A stretch of DNA of 63,999 bases, the filler included, from Stramenopiles sp. TOSAG23-6 (lineage: Eukaryota), in NCBI GenBank assembly GCA_900128565.1. It is 6 parts of 6 records of this genome, joined end to end, with 100 filler letters (N's around TTAATTAATTAA, not from the genome) between each part and the next. Parts side by side here need not be neighbours in the genome. Positions count along the whole stretch, not along the records: positions 43,282 to 53,922 come from LT636297.1; positions 54,023 to 63,999 come from LT636339.1; 4 more parts are not named here. The stretch is one strand, 5' to 3'. The position numbers and the translations under genes are program-made. Below the pieces are notes generated by a model. The model saw nothing but the letters and a program-made list of their open reading frames with translations. It ran no database searches and had not been told where the DNA came from. Positions within the stretch are counted from its first letter, which is position 1; each line of letters begins with the position of its first letter. This document shows, piece after piece, positions 47,880 to 58,515 of this stretch.

Positions 47880-48875
47880 ATGCTGCACTCTTTCCAACGT
47901 GAAAGCATCAATGAACTATCAAGTAGAAGAAGAAAACAATCGCGTAAACTACAAACAAAATATAGTAGTGAAATAAGAAGCAGTGAGTGGAGTAATTCCG
48001 CCATCACCGATAACGAATATTTTCAAGAAAGTCGTGTTTCTAAATTAGAAAATATTACGATGAAAAGACAAGTTACACCCAATTTCTTCGCTAAATATTT
48101 ACATCGAGGAGAAAGCAATTTAACCGATTTAAATTGTGAACTCAACAACGATAATACTTGCAAACTCATTGAAGATTTCTTGAAAGGCATGCTCGGAACT
48201 CATTTAGAAGAAGCCTCTAGTATTGAGGATAAAATTTTATCTCCAGACACTTTGAAGAGCACACCATTAATATCTACATCAATCAAAAATTCGGAAAGCA
48301 TTCTGGGTGATGCACCAATATCACCAAGAATACTAGATAGCACTTTGAATACGCCAGACAGTATTCTTGGTAATGCACCAATATTACCAAATACCACATT
48401 GAATACGCCAGACAGCATTCTTGGTGATGCACTAATATTACCAGATACCACTTTATTACAAGATACCACTTTGAATACGCCAGACAGTATTCTTGGTGAT
48501 GCACCAATATTACCAAATACCACTTTGAATACGCCAGACAGTATTCTTGGTAATGCACCAATATTACCAGATACCACTTTGAATACGCAAGACAGTATTC
48601 TTGGCGATGCACCAATATTACCAGAAACCATTTTGAATACGCCAGACAGTATTCTTGGTGATGCACCAATATTACCAGATATCATTTTGGATACGTCAGA
48701 CAGTATTCTTGGCGATACACCAGAAACTCTTGCACCAGTATCATTTTTTGGAGCATTCCCAACAAAACAACAGTTAGGAGATTATGAAAAAGATCATTAT
48801 AGACAACGAATCATTGACTTTTTGAACGAAGAATGGGATACCGCTTTACTGGAGGAGGTGGTTAATAGCGAATAA
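47880..48875 (+). CDS. Hypothetical protein with 16-aa tandem repeats
   Basis: 331-aa ORF containing TLNTPDSILGDAPILP repeats. Confidence 0.55.
   Translation: MLHSFQRESINELSSRRRKQSRKLQTKYSSEIRSSEWSNSAITDNEYFQESRVSKLENITMKRQVTPNFFAKYLHRGESNLTDLNCELNNDNTCKLIEDFLKGMLGTHLEEASSIEDKILSPDTLKSTPLISTSIKNSESILGDAPISPRILDSTLNTPDSILGNAPILPNTTLNTPDSILGDALILPDTTLLQDTTLNTPDSILGDAPILPNTTLNTPDSILGNAPILPDTTLNTQDSILGDAPILPETILNTPDSILGDAPILPDIILDTSDSILGDTPETLAPVSFFGAFPTKQQLGDYEKDHYRQRIIDFLNEEWDTALLEEVVNSE
48290..48722 (+). repeat. 48-bp minisatellite, about 8 copies
   Basis: ttgaatacgccagacagtattcttggtgatgcaccaatattaccagatacca units. Confidence 0.92.
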
Positions 48876-48934
48876 ATTTCAGTTATTGTCAATGTTCTCA
48901 TTTTTTTCTTTATTAAATTAAGCAAAAATGTTCA

Positions 48935-50056
48935 TCAAGTAAGACTTGAAGTCTGTCTTAATGATAGTCTTTGTGCTCGGCGTATTTTTTTCTGATTTTG
49001 CCTCAATCTTTTTTCCGCAAGCAACTTGGACCTTTCTTCACGGATGTGTGAGTAATTATTTTCAGTCAATTGTTTGCTAAGTTTTGGTTTCTTTGTACCT
49101 CTCTCACTATCCAATAAACCAATCACTCCCATTTTCTTTGCAGCAGTATAAACATTACGCCATACACGGACCGTTCTAGTTGCAGCACAGACACCAGAAT
49201 CCATATAATCTATGTCTGGAACTTTACCAACGCATCGATCATGCCAAACATATGAGCAACAAGGTAATTGTATCACTGATACAGAAACAGTTTTCTCAAA
49301 GTTTGAAAAACACAGCGCTCGCAAAGCTTCGTCAGGTATTATACGACTATGAGGTAATATTACAATAATATGCTTCACTTCAGTTGGATCTACAATGACA
49401 TTAACTTCCCTGATATCATTTGCTGATAAATATACTCGGCGCACTTTTTCGTGTTCTGTGAAACCTTCCATGAAAACCGCGCTGGTACCCTCTTTTGATA
49501 GTGTTGTGGAATATTCACTAGAGAGTCTTTTACGAATTCTTAACGCTGGATCTATTGCAAGAATTCTCTTCCATTGAGTATGCATTGCAAGAAGGCATGC
49601 TGTGCGAGATGAGGAACCATCTCCAACTACGACTGCCATAACCGAGTTTGTATTCAATCCAAAGGGAAGTAGTTCTGAAGTTGGATTTTCAGCCAAGCGA
49701 CAATTGAATTTCACCCCTTGTCCTTTTTTTGTGGATTTTGCAACACAAACGTGATGCTCTATTGCGTGGAGAACTCCCACTGACTCTGAGATTTCTTGAG
49801 AATTTCGAAACAGCCCTAATTGCAAAAGATCAATCGCACAGTTCCAACTAATAAACTTATCAATATACCGAAGAGATGTTGGAAGGTCTCCATTTACTCG
49901 CTTGGCATAGAAAAGTTCTTGTGGTAAAGATTGGTCGTCGAAAGTGTCAGAACGTTCCTTTTCCTTAGAGTGACCCTCAAGATATCTCAAGACGGATAAC
50001 GCAGTTGCAGTTCCAACACCAAATGCACATACAACTGATGTAATAGAATTATTCAT
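48935..50056 (-). CDS. Hypothetical protein, possible methyltransferase-like fold
   Basis: 373-aa ORF; VVVGDG…LAIDP…LPH…LPCC pattern; function inferred weakly. Confidence 0.65.
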   Translation of the reverse strand: MNNSITSVVCAFGVGTATALSVLRYLEGHSKEKERSDTFDDQSLPQELFYAKRVNGDLPTSLRYIDKFISWNCAIDLLQLGLFRNSQEISESVGVLHAIEHHVCVAKSTKKGQGVKFNCRLAENPTSELLPFGLNTNSVMAVVVGDGSSSRTACLLAMHTQWKRILAIDPALRIRKRLSSEYSTTLSKEGTSAVFMEGFTEHEKVRRVYLSANDIREVNVIVDPTEVKHIIVILPHSRIIPDEALRALCFSNFEKTVSVSVIQLPCCSYVWHDRCVGKVPDIDYMDSGVCAATRTVRVWRNVYTAAKKMGVIGLLDSERGTKKPKLSKQLTENNYSHIREERSKLLAEKRLRQNQKKIRRAQRLSLRQTSSLT

Positions 50057-50331
50057 TTTCTATCAAAAGAAACAGCTTTTTTGATAACAATTTCCTATCG
50101 TTGAATAATTCCCATGAGAGCGCTACGGTATGGATTGTAACGAACAAAATTAACCGATGACATGACGATGACCAAATCTATGAACACGAAATAGAGCAAG
50201 TTTTGAAAGTTCGAGTTTGCTGCTGGGAGTTTTTCGCGAAGTTTTCATTATTTCGCGCGCAATCAATGCGCATCAAGCTCAAGAAGTTCATAACAAAGTT
50301 TGAATATTTTTACTAACTCAAAAAACTAAAA

Positions 50332-50644
50332 ATGTCTNNNNNNNNNNNNNNNNNNNNNNNNNNNNNNNNNNNNNNNNNNNNNNNNNNNNNNNNNNNNNNN
50401 NNNNNNNNNNNNNNNNNNNNNNNNNNNNNNNNNNNNNNNNNNNNNNNNNNNNNNNNNNNNNNNNNNNNNNNNNNNNNNNNNNNNNNNNNNNNNNNNNNNN
50501 NNNNNNNNNNNNNNNNNNNNNNNNNNNNNNNNNNNNNNNNNNNNNNNNNNNNNNNNNNNNNNNNNNNNNNNNNNNNNNNNNNNNNNNNNTGTTGTCTACG
50601 CTCTCAAGCGCCAAGGCCGCACTCTCTACGGTTTCGGCGGATAA
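50332..50644 (+). CDS. H4: Histone H4 (middle masked by Ns)
   Basis: ATGTCT before the gap; after it VVYALKRQGRTLYGFGG*, the invariant H4 C-terminus. Span 313 nt vs 312 expected. Confidence 0.95.
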
Positions 50645-50692
50645 GTACATCCAAGCCTAGCTAGTAAATCGCTAACCCCAAAAAAACTGAAC

Positions 50693-50709
50693 GGTTTTAC
50701 TTTAAAACC
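50693..50709 (+). promoter_or_regulatory. Histone 3' stem-loop-like hairpin
   Basis: GGTTTT-ACTTT-AAAACC about 50 nt after the H4 stop. Confidence 0.55.
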
Positions 50710-51218
50710 ATCCAACTTCTGAGAAAAGCTTTCTACAGTATACTTCTATAACATTTATTAACTTTATATTTATTGAAAAGTAAGCATTATAAGATATTAA
50801 ATTTATTTTAAAGTATCGTTTAATCTAGCGCTTGCAAAGTCGCTCTTTGTATTCTTTCATTTCTTAATCCTCCGCATTCTCCATATATTTTAAAATTTTT
50901 GTAAAAGACTGTTTATTTTGCTACATCTATCATGTAATGTTAGATTCAGTATATTTTATTGATTCATTTTGCCAAGAGAGCATCTAATTTCAAAGCCTTC
51001 TTAAAACTTGGTTCTTTTTCGAAGGTGTTGTGGTTCCGATCGCGATTCCGTGGTAGACCGGGTAACAAAATTCGTGAAAATTATGGGGTCAAAGTGGTCA
51101 TTTCTTTCTAAAATATTAGCGTACATTCTCTTGAGAATTGCTGTGTTTTTTATTACATTATATGTTATTTGATTGATTGTTTCATGCTACATGTTTTGCT
51201 AAGGTGGAAGACTATAAA

Positions 51219-51704
51219 ATGAGTGCGTGGGATCGTGCCGCAGCTAAAAAGTCTCTTGATTCACCTTGGGATAGTAATTCCGATAACAAGAAGTCTAGTA
51301 GACGGACTAACGTCTTGGTTGATTCAACGGGTGTTAGAAATCGTTCGTCGAATACTTCATCATCGAACTCAACTCTTAGTGGAAACCATGAAACAGGATT
51401 TCGTAGCAGAGATGATCGCGCCAGTTATCGTCAAAGTAAGCATGATGACTATAAAAAAGAAAGAGATATTCTAGAACAGCAGAGGCAAGTCATGAAAAAT
51501 CAAGACGCAATACTAGGTGAAATGGCAGACTCTGTTACACGGCTTAAGGAGTATGGTGAATCGATTGGAAAAGAATTAGAGAAACAAAATGAAATAATTG
51601 GTAACCTTGACCAAAGTGTTGGTGTTACACAAGGTGCACTCGAACGCGGTTCTGATAAAGCAAAAGTCATGACGAAAGATTCAGGTGGCTGTATCTTTCA
51701 ATAA
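51219..51704 (+). CDS. Q-SNARE (Qc-like) protein, no TM, C-terminal CaaX
   Basis: QDAILGEMADSVTRLKEYGESIGKELEKQNEIIGNL SNARE heptads; ends GGCIFQ*. Confidence 0.75.
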   Translation: MSAWDRAAAKKSLDSPWDSNSDNKKSSRRTNVLVDSTGVRNRSSNTSSSNSTLSGNHETGFRSRDDRASYRQSKHDDYKKERDILEQQRQVMKNQDAILGEMADSVTRLKEYGESIGKELEKQNEIIGNLDQSVGVTQGALERGSDKAKVMTKDSGGCIFQ

Positions 51705-51736
51705 ATAAATTATACTCAAGATATTTTAATTTTTAG

Positions 51737-53867
51737 TCAACAAAACTCTTTCAATGCATTATCTCTCAGGGTACCCCTAGCTACTTTGCAAAATGTGTTG
51801 ACCAGGTCTTTAAAATGGGCCTTGATTTTTTTCGATTGTCTTTCAATTCTCGGATTGTAGTGCATATTATTCTGTCGGATTTGAATTTCTTCGCTTGCCA
51901 ACTTGTATACTGAAGTAAGAAATATTTCCCGTGCAGCTGGAGAAAGTTCCGTTTTCAGTATGAGATCATTCGGTTTACCACCAGATGCTTCTGTTGCAAT
52001 GGCTCTACACGCTGCGGCTAATGCATGTGAACTTAAAGCATCAAATAACCACTTCTTGTTCTCTTCAAAAAAACGCATGACAAAAGCCCATAAAAGATTT
52101 GCTAAATGCGGCCAAAGGTCATGTGGGCTCCGTACGGAAATTGCCATTATAAGAGATTGGGCCAGATTCTCGCCACATGATGGTGATTTTATAACTGCAC
52201 TTATAATGTGTGCGTACGGTTGTAATTTCTTTGTATGTAGTTTCATAGCTAATTCTAAAAAACCTATGTATTTTGGAAAAATATTTCAAAAAAAATCTAA
52301 AAAAAATTGTTAGGTACAAACTTTCGTACGAAAAAAAAATGAAATTTGAAAAAAAATAAAACATACATAACTTCTCGAGTTGCCATTTTTTCTTGATTTT
52401 GTATGAGAGCAGTTCCAAGTTGAAATAATTGGAGAAGTTTTCTAGGAAATTCATTCGGAGCATCAGTCGGGAGGACTGTAAATAAAGGTAATGGGCAAAA
52501 CATGAGAAAACGCTTTGACAAGTCAAATAATCCTAGTAACAAATCTGGATCTCGAAAATTCAGTGTACCATGTATTTTGGAAAAATATTTCAAAAAAAAA
52601 TCGTTAGGTACAAAATTTCGTNNNNNNNNNATAAATTCGAAATTGAAAAAAATTAAAACATACATTCGGTTGCTGAGCTCTCTGAAAAGTTTGCTTAATG
52701 ATAATATTTAGGACATTACCAAACGCTATTTGTGTTTCTTCGGTATCACTAAATAATTCGACAGCAACGGCTATACAATCCAAGCAAATTGGTAAATCTA
52801 AAGAAGAGTAAAAAGCAATTAAATGTTCCATTATTGTTGCAAGTTTATCTTTGACACAACTTCGTAATGAATGAAACATATTTTTGTATAAAAGACACAT
52901 TACACACGAAATCGCTATATTTTCTCTATATTTCACTGCAATGGTATTTAATAGATTCCAGCAACCTTTTTGTAGTATATGCAATAATGGAGATTCGCCT
53001 TTTTTTCTCTGTCGATTTGACATTTCTAAATATTGTACCATTGATGAAAACACTTCGAGTTCGTCTTTAACGATAATTTCGTCTTGATGTGTGTTTGTTT
53101 TCATTGCAACAGCAATTCTTTGTAATAAAGGCGAACAAATCACATCTAAACTTTCCGTAGAATGTTGTATAGACATCCCCGAGATGCACATTGCGATACC
53201 TTCTGATACAAATATTCGCATTTTTGTATGAGTGTGTGAATTACAAAATTTATTAAGACACCCAGCTAATGACACTACTACCGATGGTTTTGATATGTAA
53301 CCTCTGCAAGTTACACATAATTGTCGAATGGATTTCGCTGCAACCATTGACGACACAGGAACTTCTATGGCTTTAAGTAAGTACGTAAAAGCATGTTTGA
53401 TTAGATCAAGTTTTTTTGTCTTTCGTGATGCCAATAAAAACCACTTTGACATCATACCAAGTAATACTGAAACACTTCGAACTATAAGAGGATGTGATGA
53501 ATAAATATTTGAACCAGTATTGTTGATTTGAAGTACAAAGTCTCGTATTTTTCCATTAATCTGGTCAGTTGTAGTATTATTTTCTGCATTTGTTTTTACA
53601 GAACTAATAACTTCTTTTATAATACACGAAAGTACAAAAACACAAGATTCTGCTCGGTTCCAATGACTTACATCACACGCATTTGCAGTATTTAGAAGAT
53701 TATCTAGCATTCCAAGCTGTAAAATGTTGAACATTGATATTAGAACATCTTGACAACCTGGAGGGCCTATGCGGAAAGCTCCATCATCAACGTCAGGAAA
53801 TAAATCCTCCTCTTCAAAATCTATATCAAGAGTGAAACTTTCTTTAGCATCAAGAGAGCATTGAACT
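51737..53867 (-). CDS. Importin-beta-family HEAT protein, transportin-3/importin-13-like (5' truncated)
   Basis: Exons 53867-52664, 52569-52367, 52265-51737; W..AES.VF, AAKSIRQLC and DPDL motifs. Confidence 0.7.
52266..52366 (-). mobile_element. Introner-like intron 29, GT-AT, 101 nt
   Basis: Gives REVI|GFLE. Confidence 0.85.
52570..52663 (-). mobile_element. Introner-like intron 30, GT-AT, about 94 nt (contains Ns)
   Basis: Gives QQPN|GTLNFRDPD. Confidence 0.85.
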
Positions 53868-53922
53868 ATGTATTTTGGAAAAATATTTCAAAAAAAAACT
53901 AAAATTTGTTAGGTACAAAATT
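53868..53922 (-). mobile_element. Introner-like intron 31 (3' part)
   Basis: …CCTAAC…AATACAT|a; contig ends inside. Confidence 0.8.
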
Positions 53923-54022
53923 NNNNNNNNNNNNNNNNNNNNNNNNNNNNNNNNNNNNNNNNNNNNTTAATTAATTAANNNNNNNNNNNNNNNNNNNNNN
54001 NNNNNNNNNNNNNNNNNNNNNN
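53923..54022. other. Artificial contig linker
   Basis: TTAATTAATTAA at 53967-53978. Confidence 0.97.
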
Positions 54023-54116
54023 ATTTTGGAAAAATATTTCAAAAAAAAATCATTAGGTACAAAATTTCGTACGAAAAAAAAATCGATTTTTTTGTTAAAA
54101 AAAAAATAAAACATAC
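54023..54116 (-). mobile_element. Introner-like intron 32 (nearly complete, 3' end cut)
   Basis: tt|GTATGT…CCTAAT…CCAAAAT. Confidence 0.8.
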
Positions 54117-55957
54117 AAGCTGTCGACGTCCAGGTTGTTTTAGTCGAGGGCGGCAATACTTTTGCCCAGGTCGGCATAAAATTATTCCTGCAGCACCTGC
54201 TAGAGCTCCTATAAATTTTTGTTTTGTACTCATTTTTGAATGTAACTCAATAAAACTTCCAGAATTTGAATCATTATTCAGATGATTTGTTCCCATTAAA
54301 ATTTCTTTTGTCCTTTCATCAGCTATTCGTTTATTAGCCCAATAATTTTGAAATCTTTCCACGCCTGGTGGTTTCCCTGCTTCAAGATACGCTCTATCTG
54401 GTCTTTTTACACCTTGCATTTCTTGATATTGGCTCTCGTACATATATATTGTAAAAAAAAAAAAAAAAAAAACATTTGTTAGGTACAAAATTTCGTATGA
54501 AAACCAAAAAAAAAAATAAATTTGAAATTCATAATGAAAACGTACATGAGCAATATCTTTGAACCTAGGCTCAAATTGTTGCTTCACAAAAGACTGTACA
54601 GCATTTCTATTGGATTGCATTTCATTTTGTAGTCTTTGCTTTAAATTCTCAGAGTTATCAACGGTAAGCGAATAGTCAGTGAAATGGTTTTTCAATGATT
54701 GTATCGGTACTTTTTGTACAGATTCAATATTAAATGGATTAGGGTTAGGGTTATTATTTGTCATTGAATTTAGAGATTTCATTGATTCGTCTATTTCCAT
54801 ATATACATTACCAAGGTCATCGGTATCAACGTGTTTACTTGGATTCATATTGGCTTTCAATTCAATATAAGAATATCCTGGTCCTGGAATTGGGCTGTAT
54901 TGTCCTGCAGCCACTGGGACTCCACCTGCATACCCTCGAAAATATATATTTTGGAAAAATATTTCAAAAAAAAAAAAAAAAAAAATTGTTAGGTACAAAA
55001 TTTCGTACGGAAACAAAATTCGATTTTTTTGTAAAAAAAAAAATAAAACATACATGAGGCAGGACCCGGGTATCCTTGGGTCCATCTGGATGAATAATTT
55101 GGATATGCATCACTATAAAAATCACGCTGTGGAAATCCAATTTCTCTTTCAATTAATTCCATATTTAAAATACACGCAATACATTGAGCACTTGATGCAT
55201 TTGCGAGTTTTTCGAATTCTTTGTCAACCTCATAGTTTCTCTCATGTACTTCAGGTCCCCCTGGTGTCAAAAAATCTTTAGCTGATTTTCCAATAAGATT
55301 AACTAATGGAGTAAAAGCAGTTTTCACATCATTACCAGCCTTTTCCATCTTATCAACAATTCCGGTACTCTGTTGCTGAGCGTCTGGCTGAGCGTCTGGC
55401 TGACCGTCCGTGGTCGCAGCATTGTTCGTTTGGGACGTGCCGGACGTGCCGCCCGACGGGCTCGACACTGTTTGAGTACTTAGTAATTTTCTTTGAGTAG
55501 AGGAAATTTTGTTTGTAATCATATTTTTTGTTTCAGCTTTACCAAGTTGGTCGCGTTCATAGACTAAAGCTGTTGCAGCGTTTTTAATGAGTTTGGATAC
55601 TTTTTCAGTGTTATTGAATAAATCTATAGCATTATTTGCTTCCATGACCTTTACAGTATCTACTGCTGAGCCACCGATATCATGATTTTGTGCCAATGCG
55701 ACTTGCAAATGGACAATTTGACGCCGTTTTTCGTTTTCTTTGTCTGCAATTCTTTCCTCTTGTTGAATACGTTTGTTCAATTTCCCTCGCCAGGAGAGCA
55801 AACTCAATTCTGAAGGACTTTGCCTGTTCAACTCAGGATTTTCCATGTTTCGAATCAATCTCCCTCCGTTCCCCAAGAAAACATCGTCCTCTGAAGATAA
55901 TACTTTCGAGAAAAGGAATGAAAGTAATATGTATTGAAATCTCGTCACTGTTCTCAT
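54117..55957 (-). CDS. Secreted hypothetical protein (3' truncated)
   Basis: Exons 55957-55054, 54943-54546, 54443-54117 in frame; signal peptide; CIAC motif. Confidence 0.7.
54444..54545 (-). mobile_element. Introner-like intron 33, GT-AT, 102 nt
   Basis: at|GTACGT…CAATATAT|atg. Confidence 0.8.
54944..55053 (-). mobile_element. Introner-like intron 34, GT-AT, 110 nt
   Basis: at|GTATGT…AAATATAT|at. Confidence 0.8.
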
Positions 55958-56537
55958 TGTTTATTTCAATATACTTTCTTGAGTACTTGCAGTGGCAGTA
56001 CTAATGTAGTACTATCTGATTCAAAATTATCTAAACAACGATTGACTTATTAAGACTCGGCGTCTGAAGGTTAACAATGCAGTATGTGCGAGTTCTTGAT
56101 ATATAATTCAAAACCTTATGAAAATCATATATACACGACGCGCAATACCGCCAATACCGCATCAGTATTTTTGAAAAATATTTCAAATTATCGGGGATTT
56201 TTCTATTTTTTCTTTTTGTCTTTCGTGTGAATTTTTTTGACAAACCTGTTTTATAAACCTACTGTGAGAGAGAGTGAGAGAGAAATACATTTTATACAAA
56301 ATACTATAATTGATATTTTTATTCAATAAAGTGAGAGAGATATTTTTAGGATGATATTGTGATGATCAGATATAATGTCATGAATCATGATGATTATTTT
56401 TTCAAAACGGTAGAATAAAGTCATTGGGCCAAATATGATTTATCATAATATATAAAAAAAAGTAAAAAAAAAATATTTAATCTTAGTCATTGGTAGTGTT
56501 CTACGTATCTTTGGATTCCGTAGCATTATTTTGTACT

Positions 56538-58515
56538 TTAGTCATTGGGCCACATATGTATTGGACCTCGACCATTAACAAGCAACGGTAATCCACCTCC
56601 AGATAAATTATAATCTGTTCGGCCATTATTTCTAGCTCTAAACGGAATGTATCGTGAAATTAAAAAAAAAAAAAAATTATTAGGTATAAAATTTGGTACG
56701 AAAAAAAAATTAGATAAGAAATATTGAAAACGTACATGCCTAAAGCTGAAAATTTCTGCTTCAATCTGCCATCTGTGTTTTGAGGTTCTCCAAATATGGA
56801 ATCGCCAGGGCCTGAGGCATGTATTGTACGAAAATATTTTTGAAAAAAAATCGTTAGGTACGGAATTTCGTATGAAAACCAAAAAAAATAAATTTGAAAT
56901 TCATCATGAAAACGTACATACATATCGGAAGAACAAAGTATACAACACTGATCTTTTGTTGCTTCAATACCAAATGAAGTCCATTGTTGAGTGGCCAAGT
57001 CAAATAGTAATCCTTGATTTAATTTTTGCTCTTCATTTTGTTTTTCTTGAAATTTGGCTTTATTACCTAAATAATTTTCAGCACGAAATTTCATATCATT
57101 ATGATTAGTACTACTACTACTACTACTACTACTTTTCTCGAGGTAAGCTGATTGCATTATACGATAGCCATTTTCATCTGCCATTGGTGGCATTTTGAAG
57201 TGACTGTCCTTTAATGGCTTTGTTTCAGGAATAAATTGTGCGAAAATATTTTTTTTTTGTACATTCGTTAGGTTGAAAAATTTCATCGTAAAAAAAAATA
57301 AAAAAAAATCAAGTTTGAAAACACTTGAAAAAAAATCGTTAGGTACAAAATTTCGTACGAAAAAAAATAAATTTTGAAAACGTACATAAAAGCTTCAGGG
57401 CATATCGTACAACAACTAGGCTTTCGTAATGTTTTTAATTTTCTATCTTGACCAGCCATTGGACATCTTGGTTTTTCTGGATCTTTTGAAGTCCCTTGTG
57501 CCTTTAAATCGCTCTTTTCTTGTGCTTCAATTTTCTCCTGTTCACTCATTCCACTTTTTACTTTAATTTTTGTTGGCATATTTGCTCTATGAATCTTTGC
57601 AGTGTTATAAGTAGCGTAAGTAATATCTGTAGGTGGGAAAGCATCGGCACTACACATGGTACAACAAATTGAAGGAGAATTTTTTGCTACCTTTACTTTG
57701 TCTAGAACTAAAGGACACACCCAGGTTTTTTTTACTTTATCCCATTTTGGATATGCTTCTACACGTTTCGGTTTTTTTCCGGTCGTTTTTGATGTTTTTG
57801 ATGTTTTTGTCGTTTTTGTCGTTTTAAATCCTGTTTTAGTTGTTGTTGTTGTTGTTGCTGTTGTTTGAGCAGTCTTTGCTGTTTTAATATTTGTTTTAGA
57901 TGTTTCAATCTCTGTAAAACGCGGCGTTTCTCTTATTTCCATTGTACTATCGTGACTGCTCCCATCCAAGAATGATGTATGTCTCATCAAAATAGCATTA
58001 TCTTTATCATCTGTGCTTAAGTCAGAACTTCCGTTAATCATCGCATCGAAGTGTTTTTTATTATTTGAATCCTTTGAAATGTACCATTTACCAAAGTTAT
58101 TTAAAGTTTTGGTATGTAACTCGGAGGAAAGTTCAAGGGCAATTAATTGAGCATGAAATCGGTATGGACAAATTTGGCAACAGTTTTCTTTTCTTATTTC
58201 AAATGGGTTAAAACTTTTTTCCTTTCGAGCGCCTTCGTTAGTCGCACTTCCGTACTTTGAAATTGAATCCCAAGCATCCTTATCTAGTTTGCCTTTATGT
58301 ATTTTATTGTTCCATCTGATAAGTGTTTCGCCAGCAGATCTATCAGGCTCTATTTGCATCTTTAATGACTTGGTTCCGAGTGGAAGACGCGCTTGATACT
58401 CTCTTGGCAATTTGAACCTACCCGGTACTCCCGGTAAAAGCTTGTTTGATAATGTTTCCTGTGTTATGAACAGTTCAAGAAGACAAATACAAAAGAAATG
58501 TTTTACAAACGACAT
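56538..58515 (-). CDS. Secreted Cys-rich protein with four CCxxC motifs
   Basis: Exons 58515-57386, 57230-56918, 56818-56736, 56646-56538; CCQIC, CCTMC, CCTIC, CCILC. Confidence 0.72.
56647..56735 (-). mobile_element. Introner-like intron 35, GT-AT, 89 nt
   Basis: at|GTACGT…CCTAAT…GATACAT|t. Confidence 0.82.
56819..56917 (-). mobile_element. Introner-like intron 36, GT-AT, 99 nt
   Basis: at|GTACGT…CCTAAC…AATACAT|gcc. Confidence 0.85.
57231..57385 (-). mobile_element. Introner-like intron 37, GT-AT, 155 nt, composite
   Basis: at|GTACGT…CCTAAC…CCTAAC…AATTTAT|t. Confidence 0.78.

Noticed and set aside
10746-54022. Regularly spaced TTAATTAATTAA palindromes
   Set aside because: Identical 12-mers centred in 100-nt N blocks are contig-concatenation linkers; gene order across them means nothing.
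1-57385. Repeats as a CRISPR array or as recurring protein motifs (RNFVPN, YEILYLT, KYFSKIH, TKFCT)
   Set aside because: Copies are dispersed and separated by exons of varied length; the peptides are read-through translations of intron sequence.
258-57385. U12-type AT-AC introns
   Set aside because: The AT…AC register fits many copies, but the U12 donor RTATCCTT is absent, 8/30 would not start with AT, and it damages the SPRY motif at 5156-5246. Disfavoured, not excluded without cDNA.
258-57385. Ciliate-style IESs removed from DNA
   Set aside because: Strict sense orientation plus donor and branch motifs point to RNA splicing; boundaries are not TA and the standard code reads normally.
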